Part shown: piece after piece, positions 1-13,599 of the stretch | Numbering within the stretch: the first letter of the stretch is position 1 | How the letters are laid out: each line of letters opens with the position of its first letter | The notes under the pieces: generated by a model | The model's input: the letters and a program-made list of their open reading frames with translations, nothing else | The model's database searches: none | What the model was told of the DNA's origin: nothing | Translations under genes and position numbers: made by a program | Assembly: GCA_002633005.1 (NCBI GenBank) | Contig: NMRA01000049.1 | Span: 778,321 to 842,320, forward strand | Origin: Phoronis australis | Taxonomy: Eukaryota > Animalia > Phoronida | Direction of reading: 5' to 3' | DNA length: 64,000 bases

Positions 1-235
1 CAAAAGAACGTTAAAAATTCCATCGTAAATCCATCAGAGCCTGGACTTTTCTCGTTTTTTGTGTTTTAAAGCCTCAAATAATTGATCAATATCAATTTCC
101 TTTTCTAGTTGGATTGTCTCCAACTCCAAAAGTACCGGAAACTGACAATGTCTGATTACACTATTCAACAGAACAGAAATAATGCATAGATTCATCAAGT
201 TGGCTGTTTATGCTGCATTTCCAACTAAAACTTAC

Positions 236-791
236 CTAAGTCTCGATTTTACAGTGCCCACTGACACCCCCAGGCAATTCGCTATGGCGTCATCTTTGCT
301 TTAGTTAAAGACATGGGTTGTTCTTTGGATATGTTTTTCTTTGGACCTCCTATTTTCCCATTACACATCCAAGGTGCTGTGTATCCATATAGAGCTACAA
401 TTGACCAGAGTACAGATATTTAATTTTCCATAGATCAAAACTATAAGATGCGTTACACTTTAAAACAAGTTTATTTCTCAAAATTTCTCCAAGATATATA
501 TTTTTTCTCAGAAAACAATTGCAAATGTACAGAATAGCCTGTGCTTAAATATTGAAGAATAGGTTATTGTACGAATACATTATTTTTGGATGTAGGCACA
601 TGGGTCTTATTTGCACAGAAGGTTTTAAGTACCTAACTGCTATGTTGCACAAGGTACCTGTGTTATTACTTTCCAGTAATGTTTTTGCCTCATGACGTAG
701 TTGTGACAGGAGACCAGTAATACGCTCCGACTCGCTCTCTGTGCATAGACTGCCACTGGCTCTCAGCACATTAGTCATCAATTGTTCACAC
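236..791 (-). pseudogene. Two spliced exons (791-658, 394-236) of a transposase-like gene N-terminus with an HTH motif, frameshifted; continues off the left edge or is truncated
   Basis: GT-AG boundaries with compatible phase (tttcag|G at 791, G|gtacc at 658, ttgtag|CT at 394, AG|gtaag at 236). Translation ...YGYTAPWMCNGKIGGPKKNISKEQPMSL../DDAIANCLGVSVGTVKSRL matches the GRP..ISxEQL...IAxxLGVSxxTVxRRL HTH of integrase-core/IS3EU-type animal transposases. One frameshift. Confidence 0.5.
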
Positions 792-1348
792 CTGAAATAA
801 CATGTAATGTAGACTCAGTCAACAGATAGACAGCGACAGTTTAATTTGAATTTCGTTCATGCTCCTTTCCCAAATTAGGCTGCCTGTCGACCTAGTACAA
901 CTGTGAGCTATGATGTGAAGCACATGTCGTTAATCGATACATATGCATGATTCTAAAGTGATCATAGCATCTTCGCCAAGTCAAAATAGAGTTCCCCGTT
1001 ACGCGTTGACAACAACAAGAGTAGTATTTATACAGCAAATTTATCGTAGAGTTCGTTTAGTTAAGTCGACAGTGTACCCACAGTCGGCCCCTAAATAAAA
1101 ATTGATCGATCTTAACCATTTCAGTCTCGGGCACAAACAGTAAATCAAATGAAGGGTATAGCTGTGCTTACGTTAGCATTCAGCAAAATGCAGACGCCGG
1201 ATACATGTGTACGCCGACTCTGGTAAGATGACTTACAGTCAGGGAGACAAATTTACGGAATTTTCGTAATCAATGGAACATTGAGTCTGAGACAACTTTT
1301 TTAAGTACAGTCACTGAATTTGTTGGTATGTTAATTTTCCACCAGCAT

Positions 1349-1468
1349 CAGTGGCGGATTTAGAGGGGCGCATTTGGCAGTTCGGAGGTGAGAATGCCTG
1401 ACTGGCAAAATCCTGGCTTATGCTTTGCCCTGACCCCCCTCTTACTAAAAATCCTGGATCCGCCCCTG
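1349..1468. mobile_element. Small MITE
   Basis: Imperfect TIRs CAGTGGCGGATTTAG / CCTGGATCCGCCCCTG, flanked on both sides by AGCAT (5-bp duplication). A related end occurs at ~44030-44076. Confidence 0.6.
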
Positions 1469-1689
1469 AGCATACCTCACTCTGGTGAAAGAAACTAACC
1501 TTAGTGTCACTGAATTGAGGACACCTGTTTCCACGGGAGGCGTAGAAATTCGTCGACACATGTCATTTACAATTCGCTGCACATTCAACAGCAAGTCATC
1601 TCCATGTCCATTCGTAGCCATATTGGTTTTTCGAGTACATGTATGTTAGGTTACCATTGATTGGTTTAAATTTGGAACGTTCTTGAGGA

Positions 1690-1884
1690 ATTTTACGAGC
1701 GTAATTTACGGCGACATTTCCTTATTTAATTTACGCTCGTTATTACGAGCGTAATTTTACGCCGAAAATTTTCACCATTTAATTTACGAGCGTAATTTTA
1801 CGGCGACACTCCTGCAATTCAAATTACGAGCGTAATTATGAGCGTAATTTTACGGCGACACTTTCCCCTCAACGGCCCACCATA
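1690..1884 (-). mobile_element. Terminus of a DNA transposon (IS3EU-like) with clustered subterminal repeats
   Basis: About 6 copies of the quasi-palindrome TTACGAGCGTAA(TTTTACGGCGACA) in both orientations. The end reads ...GGCCCACCATA (TATGG on -), matching the TAYGG termini reported for IS3EU. It lies upstream of the HTH exons on the same strand. Confidence 0.5.
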
Positions 1885-2654
1885 GTGTCGAAGGTTACAC
1901 GTTTCCACTTTGATGAGCTCATGTCGTGCTGCGTACCTTAATTTTCTCCAATAAATCTTATCTAGTTTTTATAGCATCGAGATAAATATCTTGGAATGAG
2001 CTTTGGAGTTTGTTTATGTTTTCTTCATGCTGTTTCTAAATATAACGTAAAAAGTATGCATTATCAAATTAAATATCCATTACTTCAAATAAAAAATGCA
2101 AACGAGGCAAAAAGAAGCAGGAGAGGACATGCAGTCGGCGTTTATTGAAAAGCAATGAATTGATTGGAAAAGCTCCAGAAAACAAGGACCTCACGTGGTC
2201 CTACAGTTACGAAACCCAGGATTTTGAAAATAAATAATGTGTAATTTGTTTATACCGATTTTGTCATTTCTGCAACAGAAAAATATTCATGTTATGCTCT
2301 TTGTTTCTACTTAACAAGGGCTTTATGCTTTCAAGAATGTGAAACTTTCATGTTCTTACATGAAACATTCCGTTGGCCTTTTCTGCTCTAGGACATTCAG
2401 CGTCGTCAGTTCCACGTACCTTCCTAAATTTATTTTTTACGCCCCTGTGTATGGAATGAGATTTTTGCACATACATATAAGTATGTGGTACCTCACTGTA
2501 TAATGAATTCGACCAGTTCGAAAATAAGTTTAATCGATCAGATGTCGTACACGAAATTGCTAAGATGTGCTCTGTCTGATCTCTGTGTACCACAAATCGA
2601 AGTATTGTGCGTAAAAAAATCATTTCACAGCGACAATGTGATTTTGGAACATTT
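1885..2654 (+). repeat. Dispersed repeat, copy A (copy B at 42562-43345)
   Basis: Colinear similarity from gtgtcgaaggttacacgtttccactttgatgagctcatg to aaaaaaatcatttcacagcgac(a/c)atgtgatt. No conserved ORF between the copies. Confidence 0.85.
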
Positions 2655-5600
2655 AGATATTTCTCAAATGTACAACAGAATTATTTTTTGCCAAGTGGAT
2701 GAAAAGAACTTCGCTTAAATAAAAATAAGGTGTTATTCGAAATAGTATCAAAACTTATTTTTAATATTAAATTTCTGTGTAAGTCGATAAACCTGTATAC
2801 AAGTAACATAACTTAGTATAATGTATAAAAGGATTTATTGACATTTGTTATCATATGTCATTGTAGTCTTAACATCAGTTTGTTATGCATATATGTATAA
2901 TAATTGTGTATAAACTTCTTTGTATTTATTCAACCCAGATACAATGCCTCTTGGCGCTTTCTGGGAATGTATATTGTACCGAATACTTCATAATAAATGT
3001 TAAAAAGCGTGAATTGAGCTGCACTTCAATCCCGCATATGTTATTTTCTAAAAAGACATCTGCCAGGGTCAAAATTAGTTCAGCTGCGAAAATGCCTGTT
3101 ATCCGCTGGAACACAAATACGGGAATGTGTAGCAAAATTATGCATAGAAACAAGTGTTTGAGACTCCGCCACCGAATCTTACTGAACGTTCTGCACAAGA
3201 TCAGATTTGATTGGTGCTCGGTAAGTACTTGTTTTATATTTCCGATTGGACAAGGTAGCGGGTGGTTGACAATTTTGTTTAAGTCAGATAAATGGAAAAG
3301 TTTATCGAAAAACCGTCGATTTTTTAAAAAAATCGGCGTATTACTGCGTCATGTAAAAATAAACCAGGAAAGAAAACGAAGTGTCACATTCAATCCCGCA
3401 GAAATTCTACACATACACACGCCCCCACAGTCCTCTGAATTACAAATCTCAAGCAATGACAGATTGATTTGAAAGACGTTATGATCACTGACAGAAAAAT
3501 TTGCTGGACTTTTTATTGACTCAGTAATAGGAGATATTTATCAAAATGGAGTGCACATCTGATTCAGGAATTTAATGTCGCGAGGTGGTGACTGTTGTTA
3601 AAACAACTACGGGAGCACCCAAGATGGGACCACCCGCAACTGAAAACGTCCTATATAACATTTTATTTTTTGTGGCCGGACAAATGTCCTACGTTGCCCC
3701 CTCTAATTCCGCCTATCAGGTGAAATAATTACGACCCGCAATAGTGGCACTTTTTCATTTCTGTCAAGAGATAAAAATGTTGAACTGATCGGGAATTGAC
3801 TTTTCACTTTCAAACTTCGACATGTCTCTCTTGCTGGAACACGGTTTCGTTTTGAATATAAAGGCGTCGAGAGATATCGCCATGCATTTCAAACAAAGAA
3901 CGAAATCATTCCTTTCATTATTTTCTTGCATGGCGGAACGTGACCCAAAACATTAAGGAAACTATGGGTGGGCCGGGCTTACTAGTCGTCAATTCATTCA
4001 AAAGTTCATTGATAATTTGTAACAATTATATCAACGACATTTACGGAATGCATTTTAAGCAATGAAACTGTGAGCCATGTTGTGCCTACAAGACGTCAGA
4101 GGTGTCACTAGAACTCGCCTAATCATTCGTTCGTGCGCTTTTTGGTAGAAGCGTCATGTGCGCCAGTTTATTGTTTACGGTATCACATACTACACGTATC
4201 AGTATCACTAATTTTTACTTTCTGAAGAATTGAATTTCTTTCTATGACTTCAATGTCAAGTTTTACACTATATCAATGTAACTCCTTAACGATCTAGGTG
4301 TGTTACTCCCTTTTATTTTACTGTTTAAAGTAGTAATCATCCCTGGTTTCTGCGTTGTATGCGAATGCACCGATTCAACGATCCGCATTGCCCTTGTTTA
4401 TAAATGCAGGTCCATTGGAATGCAAAAATTATTGGGGGACACAAACCAATTCGACGTCGGCAAACTCCCCCCCTCTTCCTATCGCCATCACTTCCGCTTC
4501 CCAACCCCAAGCACTCCCCATTATCCGGATGCCGCCATATTTGTACGGAACCCTCCGCGGCCGTTATAGGCGGGGAGGCAATCCCGGGGGTGCAGTCATC
4601 AGGATTTGAGTAACCTGTGAACCAACAAAGTTTCACGGAAAATAAGAATGGGCCTAGGGCTACCGCACTGACGGGTAGTTGAGAGCCTCCGCAAGTAATT
4701 GTAGCTGATATCTAAAGGTGTGGAAATATGAAATTCGATGAACTGAAGCTCAGCTATGATTTGCTTGAGAAAGGCAGCTTAGCTCGAACCTGTCCGTCTG
4801 CGCTATTTCATTCTGATCCAGTTTCGAGAAAAGTTTTATTATGGTCATTCTCTGAATGAATTTTTTGAAGTAAAGATGAAGTCCCGAGGCGACTAGTATA
4901 GTGCCTTTGGGGTGTTTCAAAATCCCTTGTTGAAACGCGATCTCTAGTCCAATTTCTGGTGGCTGGTGAAAATGATACAGAATGTGTCCAAAAATGTTCA
5001 CTTTAACGCTTGGAGTTCAAATTCAGTTGCCGTGGATCACCGATTCTGCGCGGGCCTACTACAAGGTAACACCTTATTTTTAAGGTTGGTACGTCAGTCA
5101 TGACGCGCTCCGTCTGTGCAGTTTAGAAGAAAAAAACATTGCACAATACTACTGGAAACTAAAAACATCAAGGAAGTGCAAAACAACCTTTCCACGTAAT
5201 AAGCAAGGTTATTTATTTAAGGATTTAAACTTCTTCTTCAATCGACGGTTTGTGAAGTTAAACCACCAATCTAGCTTCTAAGTCAATAAACAATTTGTTG
5301 CCATTTGAATTGTGAGAACATTTTGGTACACTATTTAGAGTTGTTCGACATTCGTCATTATCCTTGAGACTTATTTCAGATAGACAAAAATCGTTTAGTG
5401 CACTTTACTATTTGGGGATCTGATGATAGATCGAAATTTCCCAATGTCAGCTTGCCATTAAGTTCAGTGAAGCATTGCCATTTCTTACGAGATTAGCTCC
5501 TAATTGTCAAAAAATTGTCTATCAATCAGTCGATTTTCATAGAAACATAAACATGTAAATCAGAAGCCGACATTCGATAACTCAATAACATTTTGATCTC

Positions 5601-8600
5601 TGTTTGTGAGTTCAAACAACAAATTTAAATAAAAAAGCAATGCACTTACATGTACAATCACTTGAATTCTGAGTATAATTTTGGAACAGTCCGAATTTCA
5701 CCAGTGTCTGAGAGTTATTTGAGATATAAGGAATAATCATCTTGCTGTACTTTAATATTTGGAGATCGGATTATAGAGTTTCCAACTTCAGGCTGCAACT
5801 AAATTCACTGAAACATCACCAATTCTTACAATATTAGCTTTTAATTGCCAAAAATAATCTACGAATCTGTATATTTTCCTACGTACTTAAACGTGTGGAT
5901 CAGAAACCAACGATTTTTTATCAAAACGGAATGTTATAAGCATGCTTGCATATTTTTGACGGGGGTAATAGTGGGAACATGGGAAATGAGGCATTCGTAT
6001 TAAGATGTATGTTTGCTCGTTTCAGAGGTACTTATAACGGTTCAAGAGTTAAACTTTAACTCCAAAAATGTTTATGATTGCGAGTACTTTGAGTACCCCC
6101 GTTCGACATGTACACGGTCATCAGAAATCGTAGCCCCGACAGTCTATTCGACATTTGCTAATTCCGTACAGATAACCCCTAGTACCTAACTGTCTTCATA
6201 AGAAATAATATTCTTTTGATACTATGGGAAAAAAATTCCATTATTTTATAAATAACCATCGGAAATAGTCATTTTTTGTGTAATTCACATATTGTGGTCT
6301 TCACGTTCTTCAAAATTCCACCTTTTCAATCAAGGTCAATCGTATTGTATTTTTCACACTTTTGGATGTTTGAGTGGAATGTCTTGATGCTGCTATGCTA
6401 TGCTGTGCACGAATGGTTTGTGCTTTTAATGAATTTGGTACCTCAACTTCCCCTCGCAAATACTTGGCAGTGTAGGATTTACATGTATAGAGCGACAAAG
6501 GGACAATACCCCCAAACTGCCTCACTTGGAGAGGGTCCCGTCTGAAATGGGACACTTTAAAATGAAAGGCTAAACATCACTAAGCTTGGAAAAGAGTGAC
6601 AGTTCATTCCATCGTCGTGTGACCCTGCAAGTAAGGACCTTCATCAACATGAAAGCCAGTTGTACAATTTACAAATAACAGGAAAATAGAGGTTATCGAT
6701 TCCAACATTGGGCCTTCTCTCCGTGAGCGGTCCCTGAAGATTTTGTCAACAAAATCACGAAAAGGGTGGCCACTTGAATGACATCAATGGTCCTCTTCAA
6801 GGGATGGGCCACTGAATATGAAAAGAAATATATTTTAAAGATCAGAAAATGCACAGCAGTTGGTGTTATACATGTATGTGGGGTCATCAATTTTTCTCAA
6901 GTGATAAACAATTTCGAGAAAAACAACCAAAAAGTAGAGCGACAGATGTCTCGGTTATGCCTTGCCAGAGAGGAGCCTGTGGAAAAATATAGTTTTGCAT
7001 TCGCAAAATTGTCTTATTGAATTTGAAATTTTCTCGATTTTTCAAATTACTAATGTGAATTACTAAGTGCACGTTTTCAAGTGAGTTTAGACGACGTATG
7101 CTGCACAAACGGAGACCCTAACAACAACGTCTTGGTTAGGGCCCTCAAAGGCTAAACCATGCACTCATACTGAGTTGTGAAACGCTCTCTTGAATTTTCT
7201 CCATTATCCGTGTTCGTAATCTCTGTTTTCTCGAATGTCCGCGGACCCACGCCTATGTCTATTGGCACGGTTCAACTGTGACGTCTGCAATTTTTTGGGG
7301 GCACGTGCCCCCCAGCTGCCCGCTTTCTACTACCCTGAAATGCCACTGCAACCTGAATTTTCACTGATGATTGTATTTCAATAAAACAGCACAAAAGGGC
7401 CAATTAATATATAAAGATGTATAATTTTGGATGAATGCCTGACTAAATTCATGACAGCAACTAAGAGGGATCCATTTTCTAAAATATTTCCCTATCTTAA
7501 ACAAATCTTTTGAGTCATTGAAACTATTCTCCTGGTGGTTAATTAATCATTTATACAACGGTCTTGTTCAGTTCCTTTTCATGACTACTGCACCCTAAAC
7601 AATTGACATTACATTTGAATAGTCGACTAATTAGATAATTAGCCAGTTGTATAGTACATAAATGGTTTCATTATAAACAGTATTTTTCGTTACATTTTGG
7701 TAATCATCAGGAGCTGATGACGAGCTTTCAAATGATACGAGATTTATGCAATTCGGTTGAAAAACGACGGAGTGGCGAAAAGATTTCGTGATAGTAAAGA
7801 AGGTTACATTTTCCCATTGGCCTAGTATTTGAATATATATTTGTTAATATTTATCCTAGGTACATTATTTTGGTATTATGTTAGAGCTCAGGTGGTGACA
7901 GACCAGGTGGACATATTTCAAGAAAAATGTAATTTACGAAATTGTTGTAGTACGTCTAGATAATTTTACTAAACCCTTACCAGCTAGGAAGCGATAGTAC
8001 CCACTGCCGGCTTCCGGAATCGCGTAATCGCAAGCACATGTTTCTACGTTTGACATTGTTGGAGGTCATTACGCAGCAAAATATTCCAAAATTACAGATG
8101 GACTTTGTTCGGAAGAAGTTTTTGAACAGTTCTAAACCTAGTTCTTTTGTTTTAAACAAACATTTCAATGTAAGCCCCATATTCTATAACAAGAACCAAC
8201 CCAAGAATGAACGAATGCACATGAGTCCCACGCATGCGCAGTGTAACCTCAGCCACCCGAGATCAAAGTTGGCATTCCATGTCTTAAGTTCTATGCTTCC
8301 ATGAAGCTTAGTTACATGGTATCTAGAACGCGATCGACCAAGTTGCTAACTGGTCAATCGGCGCGTTTGAAAATTAGTGGGTAAGTCACCAAATGTCGCG
8401 CTTGGCATTGTGAGAATAACTGAATAGTACAAAAAGCGTAAAACATACTCCAGACCGCCTTTGGGCCTGGCTGCTTCCTCTTGAACAGTTACGAAAACTA
8501 CCATTTGATATTCCGTTTCCGTGTTTCGTTTTTTAATACATTTATTGACGAAACAGTAAATATGGAGAGACTAGTCTGAGATTGGGAGCCTAAGATTCAG

Positions 8601-8819
8601 CCTTTACAAAACAGTAAAACAGTATTCAGTATAAAAGGATCAATAAATAGAATTTAGCAGGGAAGAGGGGACGGGGGAAGGACATACATGCACCTTTCAT
8701 ACACAAATTCACGCCGTACTTATATGATAAACGAGTTTAAAATTAATAGGCTTACATGTACATACAATGAAAACATAAACACAGGTATATCCTCAAACAC
8801 ATATAAAAATAAATTGGAA

Positions 8820-8875
8820 AACGGACAATCACGGCACAATCAAAAAGTTCATATTGTTTCAACGTTTCGTCTATT
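8820..8875. repeat. Truncated copy of the inverted arm of the Penelope-like pLTR at 50871-51234
   Basis: aaacggacaatcacggcacaatcaaaaagttcatattgtttcaacgtttcgtct resembles aaaccggacgatcgccgcacaaataaaaaagttcatgttcaattcaacgtttcgtct. Confidence 0.55.
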
Positions 8876-9532
8876 CGTTAGTCTCGATTTGTTTCTTTTT
8901 CGTTTCACGTCTGGTCAGAATGAATTCTGGTTATAATTTTGTTTCATCATGTGTTGCCAAATTGGCCATGTTGTGCTGCGCGGTAACATGTTTTAGTCGA
9001 AGAAAAACGTTGATTCGAAGCCCTTACAAGGACATTTTCAAATCTGGAGATGGGAATAACGCTGTTAACAGACTTGGTCAAGATACGTTATGGTGTCGTT
9101 AGTTCCATCACAGCTACATCGTTAGCTGTGTTCTCACCCCATCATTGTTGGTAGAAATGTCACAATTAGAGATGAATTGGCGTAGTGTAAAACTCACTGG
9201 TTGAAAAGATAAGTTAAGTTGGTGACAGATTTTAAACGAGAATGCCGCCCGGTTTAATTAGTCTTTTTACCGTCTTAAATGAGCATGCCACCCAAAATCA
9301 ACCTAATTTGTATCAATTTAGATCGAGTAGTTCTACTCCATAGCGACACGTACGGTTACGTTACCTGACACCTGACGGCAGACAGGGGTGTTGAAATTAT
9401 CCAATGACGTCATCGGTTTCACTCGGGTTACTGGTGTCAGCTTATCGCATGAAGTCATCGTTTAACACCAATAAATCATCAAACTTCGATGTAAAACCCT
9501 TAAAAATACACCGAGTTATTATTAAAACGTGT

Positions 9533-12147
9533 TGTTTTATTTCGGTCTTATGGATTTAAAGGTATTTGGACACACCGTAGCCTACAAAGTTCGGCAGGCC
9601 AATGAGGTCCATAGCAGGAGTTTGGAGTGTGTTCGGAGATAATTTCGAAATATTTTCTGTGAGATACAGACAGGAGAACCTATATCTGTGTTGTTCAGAC
9701 TTGTGATTTTTTTAGTTCTAAACACAAAACGCTTGTGATCCTGGCCAGTGGCTCGGAGCCCGATCAGGCCCGTTCCGGCCGGCTGCACTGACTGGTCATC
9801 CCGGCCAGTGGCTCGGAAAATGATCAAACATCACGAACATAAACCAGCCAAAGCTCAGTGGAAACTAAACTTCCAGTCAAGAAAAAACTATAATAGTGAG
9901 CCAAAGTAATGTGCACCTGATTATGTTGGTGAATTAGCCACGAAACTGCAAATCTGCTTACTCGTCGGGGGCCGCGAATTCGGGTTCCGCTTTGGCCACA
10001 GGGCAGAAGTTGTACAGTGACAATCATTATTTGAGTAATGTAAATGTAAATAAAGATTCCCCTAACACCTGGCCGTGGGATGGAAATCGAGTTGTTTCAC
10101 AACAGTTTCTGCCAGCAAACACTAAATTAGCATGAGCTCACACGGCCTCGGTGACCCGTCAATTAGTTTTATTGCATCTAAAGTCGGTAACGCAGTGATT
10201 TATTCATTGCTGGCTTCTCAAATCATTTCAGTGCTCTCACGAAAACTCCAAAGGCATTACAAAGTGCATCTAATGAGACAGGCTTTGTTTCAGTTTTATA
10301 TAAGTATTGCTTAGGGTAAGAATAATTCATTTTGAAACAGAGCGCTCAGTGTTAAACGCCAACATGGCAACTCGCAATCCCGACTTAAGACGAGCTAGAG
10401 CTCATCAGTCCCGACTTCGCAGGTGCATCGTTAAGTTCTACAAGCTATCAATTCGAACAGGAATACAGCGACGAAGAAATACTAGAGAGGCGCCGTGAAC
10501 AAGCACAGACAACGGAACGTATGGAGTTATTTGGTAAGCCGGCATTCGTTTCACGGCCTCATACTTGCTATTTACATTCTTCACTACCATGAGCCACTTC
10601 CTAAGCATTACGGACTCTCGAGGAAGTAAAAAAATATACCCGCTTTCCTCGAAGCTGCTTACTTCGGACAAGCGGGAACGATGCACCGCAACATTGCTGC
10701 ATTCACTCTGCATATGAACCACTGACGTCGCTAGCGTCGTTTCTCACCTTCCTCACAGGTTAACGCAACACCTCTTGGCGAGGTAAGGTCGACCGTATGA
10801 GAGGCGATGTGGATATAGACCGATTAAGACTGCAAAAAGACTAATTAAATCGGTAGGCATTATCCTTTAATCGGCCTATGTTCACATTGCCTCTGATAGG
10901 GTCGACCTCACCTTGCCGAGAGGTGTCGCGTTAATCTGCGAGGAAGGTGAGAAACGACGCAGCGACGTCAGAGTGAATGCCACCATATTGCGGTCCATCG
11001 TTTCCGCTTGTCCGAAAAATGAAGCAGCGAAGAAAGCGGGTATATCGTTTTTTCGATTTCCAAGGGCCCGAAATGCTTAGGAGGTGGCTTGCAGTAGTGA
11101 AGAATGAAAGGTACGCTGTTAATAGCAAGTATGAGAACGTGAAACGTCTCCGTGTCTGTGGCTGGCATTTCGTCGACAGTGATTTCTCTGACGAATTCCG
11201 GCTTACCAAAGAACTATTCATACGATCTGTCGACTGTGCATGTTCACGGCGCCTCTGTAGTATTTCTTGGTCAGTGTATTCCTGTTCGAACTGATAGTCT
11301 GTGAAACCTAAAGATCCGAACCGTGAAGTATTCGTCTGATGAGCTCTTGACTAAGTCGGGACTGGCGCTGGGCGAGTTGCCATGTAGACGGTTATTATTC
11401 TGCGTTCTGTTTCAAAATAAATGGTTCTCATCCAAACCAATGCTTACATAACACTGAAACAAAGTCTGTCTCATTAGATGCAATTTGTAATGCCTTTGCA
11501 GTATTCGTGAGTGCAAATTTTGAGAAGACGGCAATGAGTAAATCACTGTGTTACCGGCTTTTGATGCCGGCAATAAAGGTGACCGGGCACCCGAGGCCGT
11601 GTGAGCGCATGCTAATTCAGTGTTTGCTGACAGAAAGCTGTTGTGAAACAATTACTCAATTTCATATGCTATGGTCACAGGGGAATGTTTATTTAGAAAT
11701 ACAAATACAACATGTACATTATTCAAATCATTGTTCTGTACAACCTTTGCCCTGGCGATCTGTGGAAGGGTAACCCGCCGGACTTCGCGACCACCGTCAA
11801 GTAAGTAGATTTTCATTTTCGTGGCTAATTCACATAAATAATTACGTGCACATTATTTATTTAGCTCACTATTATAGGTTTTTTAGTGACTGGAGGTTTA
11901 TATTCCAACTCAAGCTGGTTTGTGTTCGTGCCAGTCCCGGCGGCCGCGACGGGCCTGTTCGGGCTCCGAGCTAACACAGGTCTACGTTCTCTTGTCTGTT
12001 TTTCACGGATGAATACTACGAATTTACATGTATCTTTGAACAGACCCCAAACTCCGTCTACGGACCTTGGTAAATTGGCCTGCCAAACTTTGTAGGCTAC
12101 GGTGTGTCCAAATACCAATAAATCCGTAACAGCGAAATAAGACAAAA
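9533..12147. mobile_element. 2.6-kb imperfect palindrome (two ~1.3-kb inverted arms), each arm with a THAP-domain relic; foldback-type transposon remnant
   Basis: Left arm ggtatttggacacaccgtagcctacaaagtt.. matches the reverse complement of ..aactttgtaggctacggtgtgtccaaatacc. Homology also seen at 10080-10300 vs 11440-11660 and 10720-10826 vs 10866-10975. Spacer is ~40 bp. Confidence 0.85.
10977..11294 (+). pseudogene. THAP zinc-finger domain relic (right arm); mirror relic at 10722-10438 on -
   Basis: FFDFQGPEMLRRWLAVV...RLRVCGWHFVDSDF matches the THAP F-P..R..W...VCxxHF pattern. The N-terminal cysteines are degenerate. The minus copy reads FLLPRESVMLRKWLMVVKNVNSKYE. Confidence 0.65.
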
Positions 12148-13599
12148 GTCAAATTCTTCATATAAGGGGAATGTTTTACGTTTATGTCTTGCTGTACCAA
12201 ATAAGGATGTGCGTAGCTTTGTCGTGCTGGAAATGCTGACAAATTGACGAGTAGTTGACATTGAAATTTGAAACTAAAGGAAAAATGCTTTGACATTCAC
12301 AAAAATCGAACTCATTACGAACAAATAGCAAAAACACCGCTGGCGAACAGTTTTTTTTCAGTGATGGAGAAACACTTTGACCAATGCAATTTTGTCTGTT
12401 TTTCACATTCCATTCCGCTTTAAACAGAGAGTAAATTTCAAATCCATGTCCATTTAAATGTGATGAAAGTCTTTACATACTGTGCTTTGTGCACTGTTCT
12501 CCAAACCGCTTTTAGAAATTGTTTTTCAAATGTTCCATTTTTCCATGAGATGCTATCAGAAATGGGACTTTATGATTTTTACAAAAAATCGAAAAGTTTA
12601 TACAAAGGAAATGATTTAGAAAACTGTAACTGCGTTCTTGAGATTTCCTCGTGAACATTTATATCTTTAATACAATTTGACATCGTTGTTTTGCTATCAA
12701 TGTACCTTTTCAGAACACGCACTAATGGATTTGTCACCTTTACTTTACTCTGAAGAAAGTCTCGAGTTATTTCACATCAAAAGCCTTACGTATGATTACA
12801 GAAACTTTAGTCTTTCTTTTATCTTAAGTACTTTCACGCTTAGTGAAATGCAAAGCAGGATAAAAAGGGTAAAACATAAAATTGAAACTTTTCACCCTAC
12901 TAGTTGTGATGCAGCGTCTTGTGTCGTACACAGCTGAAGCAGTGCCTAGCTTTGCTTAGTGCCCATGTTCACCTGCTACCGCTGTCAGACCTTGACCGTT
13001 AGCACACATCTTCAAAACTCCTGCAGTACCTCCACGCAGCAACACAAGCGCTGGTCATTGAGGAGACCATGCTGATCAATACAGGAGCGTATTGGTCCCT
13101 TGGAAGAGCGGAGGTGGTATGACGCAGCGGCGGAAGCATTTTCACTCGAACACTTGGCGTGTTAACACTTGTGTGGGATATTGCCTATTTCCAAAAAAAT
13201 GTTGTAAGAGAAAAAACATTTATGCCTTGGGTAATCGCTATACTTTTCGAGAAAAAGATATCGAAGAAAGTTTATGGAAAATCTGAACGCTGTATGCTGT
13301 GGGTCTAGACACTTACCGTCCCAATATTAATTTGATCCAACGATTTCCTAACACCGCTTTGAGCTGGTGATGTAGTAACATTGGTCAGTGGATAACTGTT
13401 TATTTTGTCTTGTGAAATTGAACAAAAAGTATTAAAATTGCTACCCGTAAATCGATAACATTATATGCAGGCAGGTTAACTCTTCTAATAACAGGAAATA
13501 CACGTATGGAAAGGTTGATTAGTGACAGATATCAAAATTACAGGAGGCAATTTCTATGGTATAACAACATAATACGATCTAGTTAGAAAAACACAGACA

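Noticed and set aside
236-300. IANCLGVSVGTVKSRL as a bacterial sigma-70 region 4
   Set aside because: It ends at a GT donor, is preceded by a GRP-like/ISKEQ motif and lies inside a transposon end. A transposase HTH fits better.
2885-3472. 195-aa ORF
   Set aside because: No recognisable motif and AT-rich low-information composition; likely a chance ORF, as are the antisense ORFs within the NRPS and the microsatellite ORFs.
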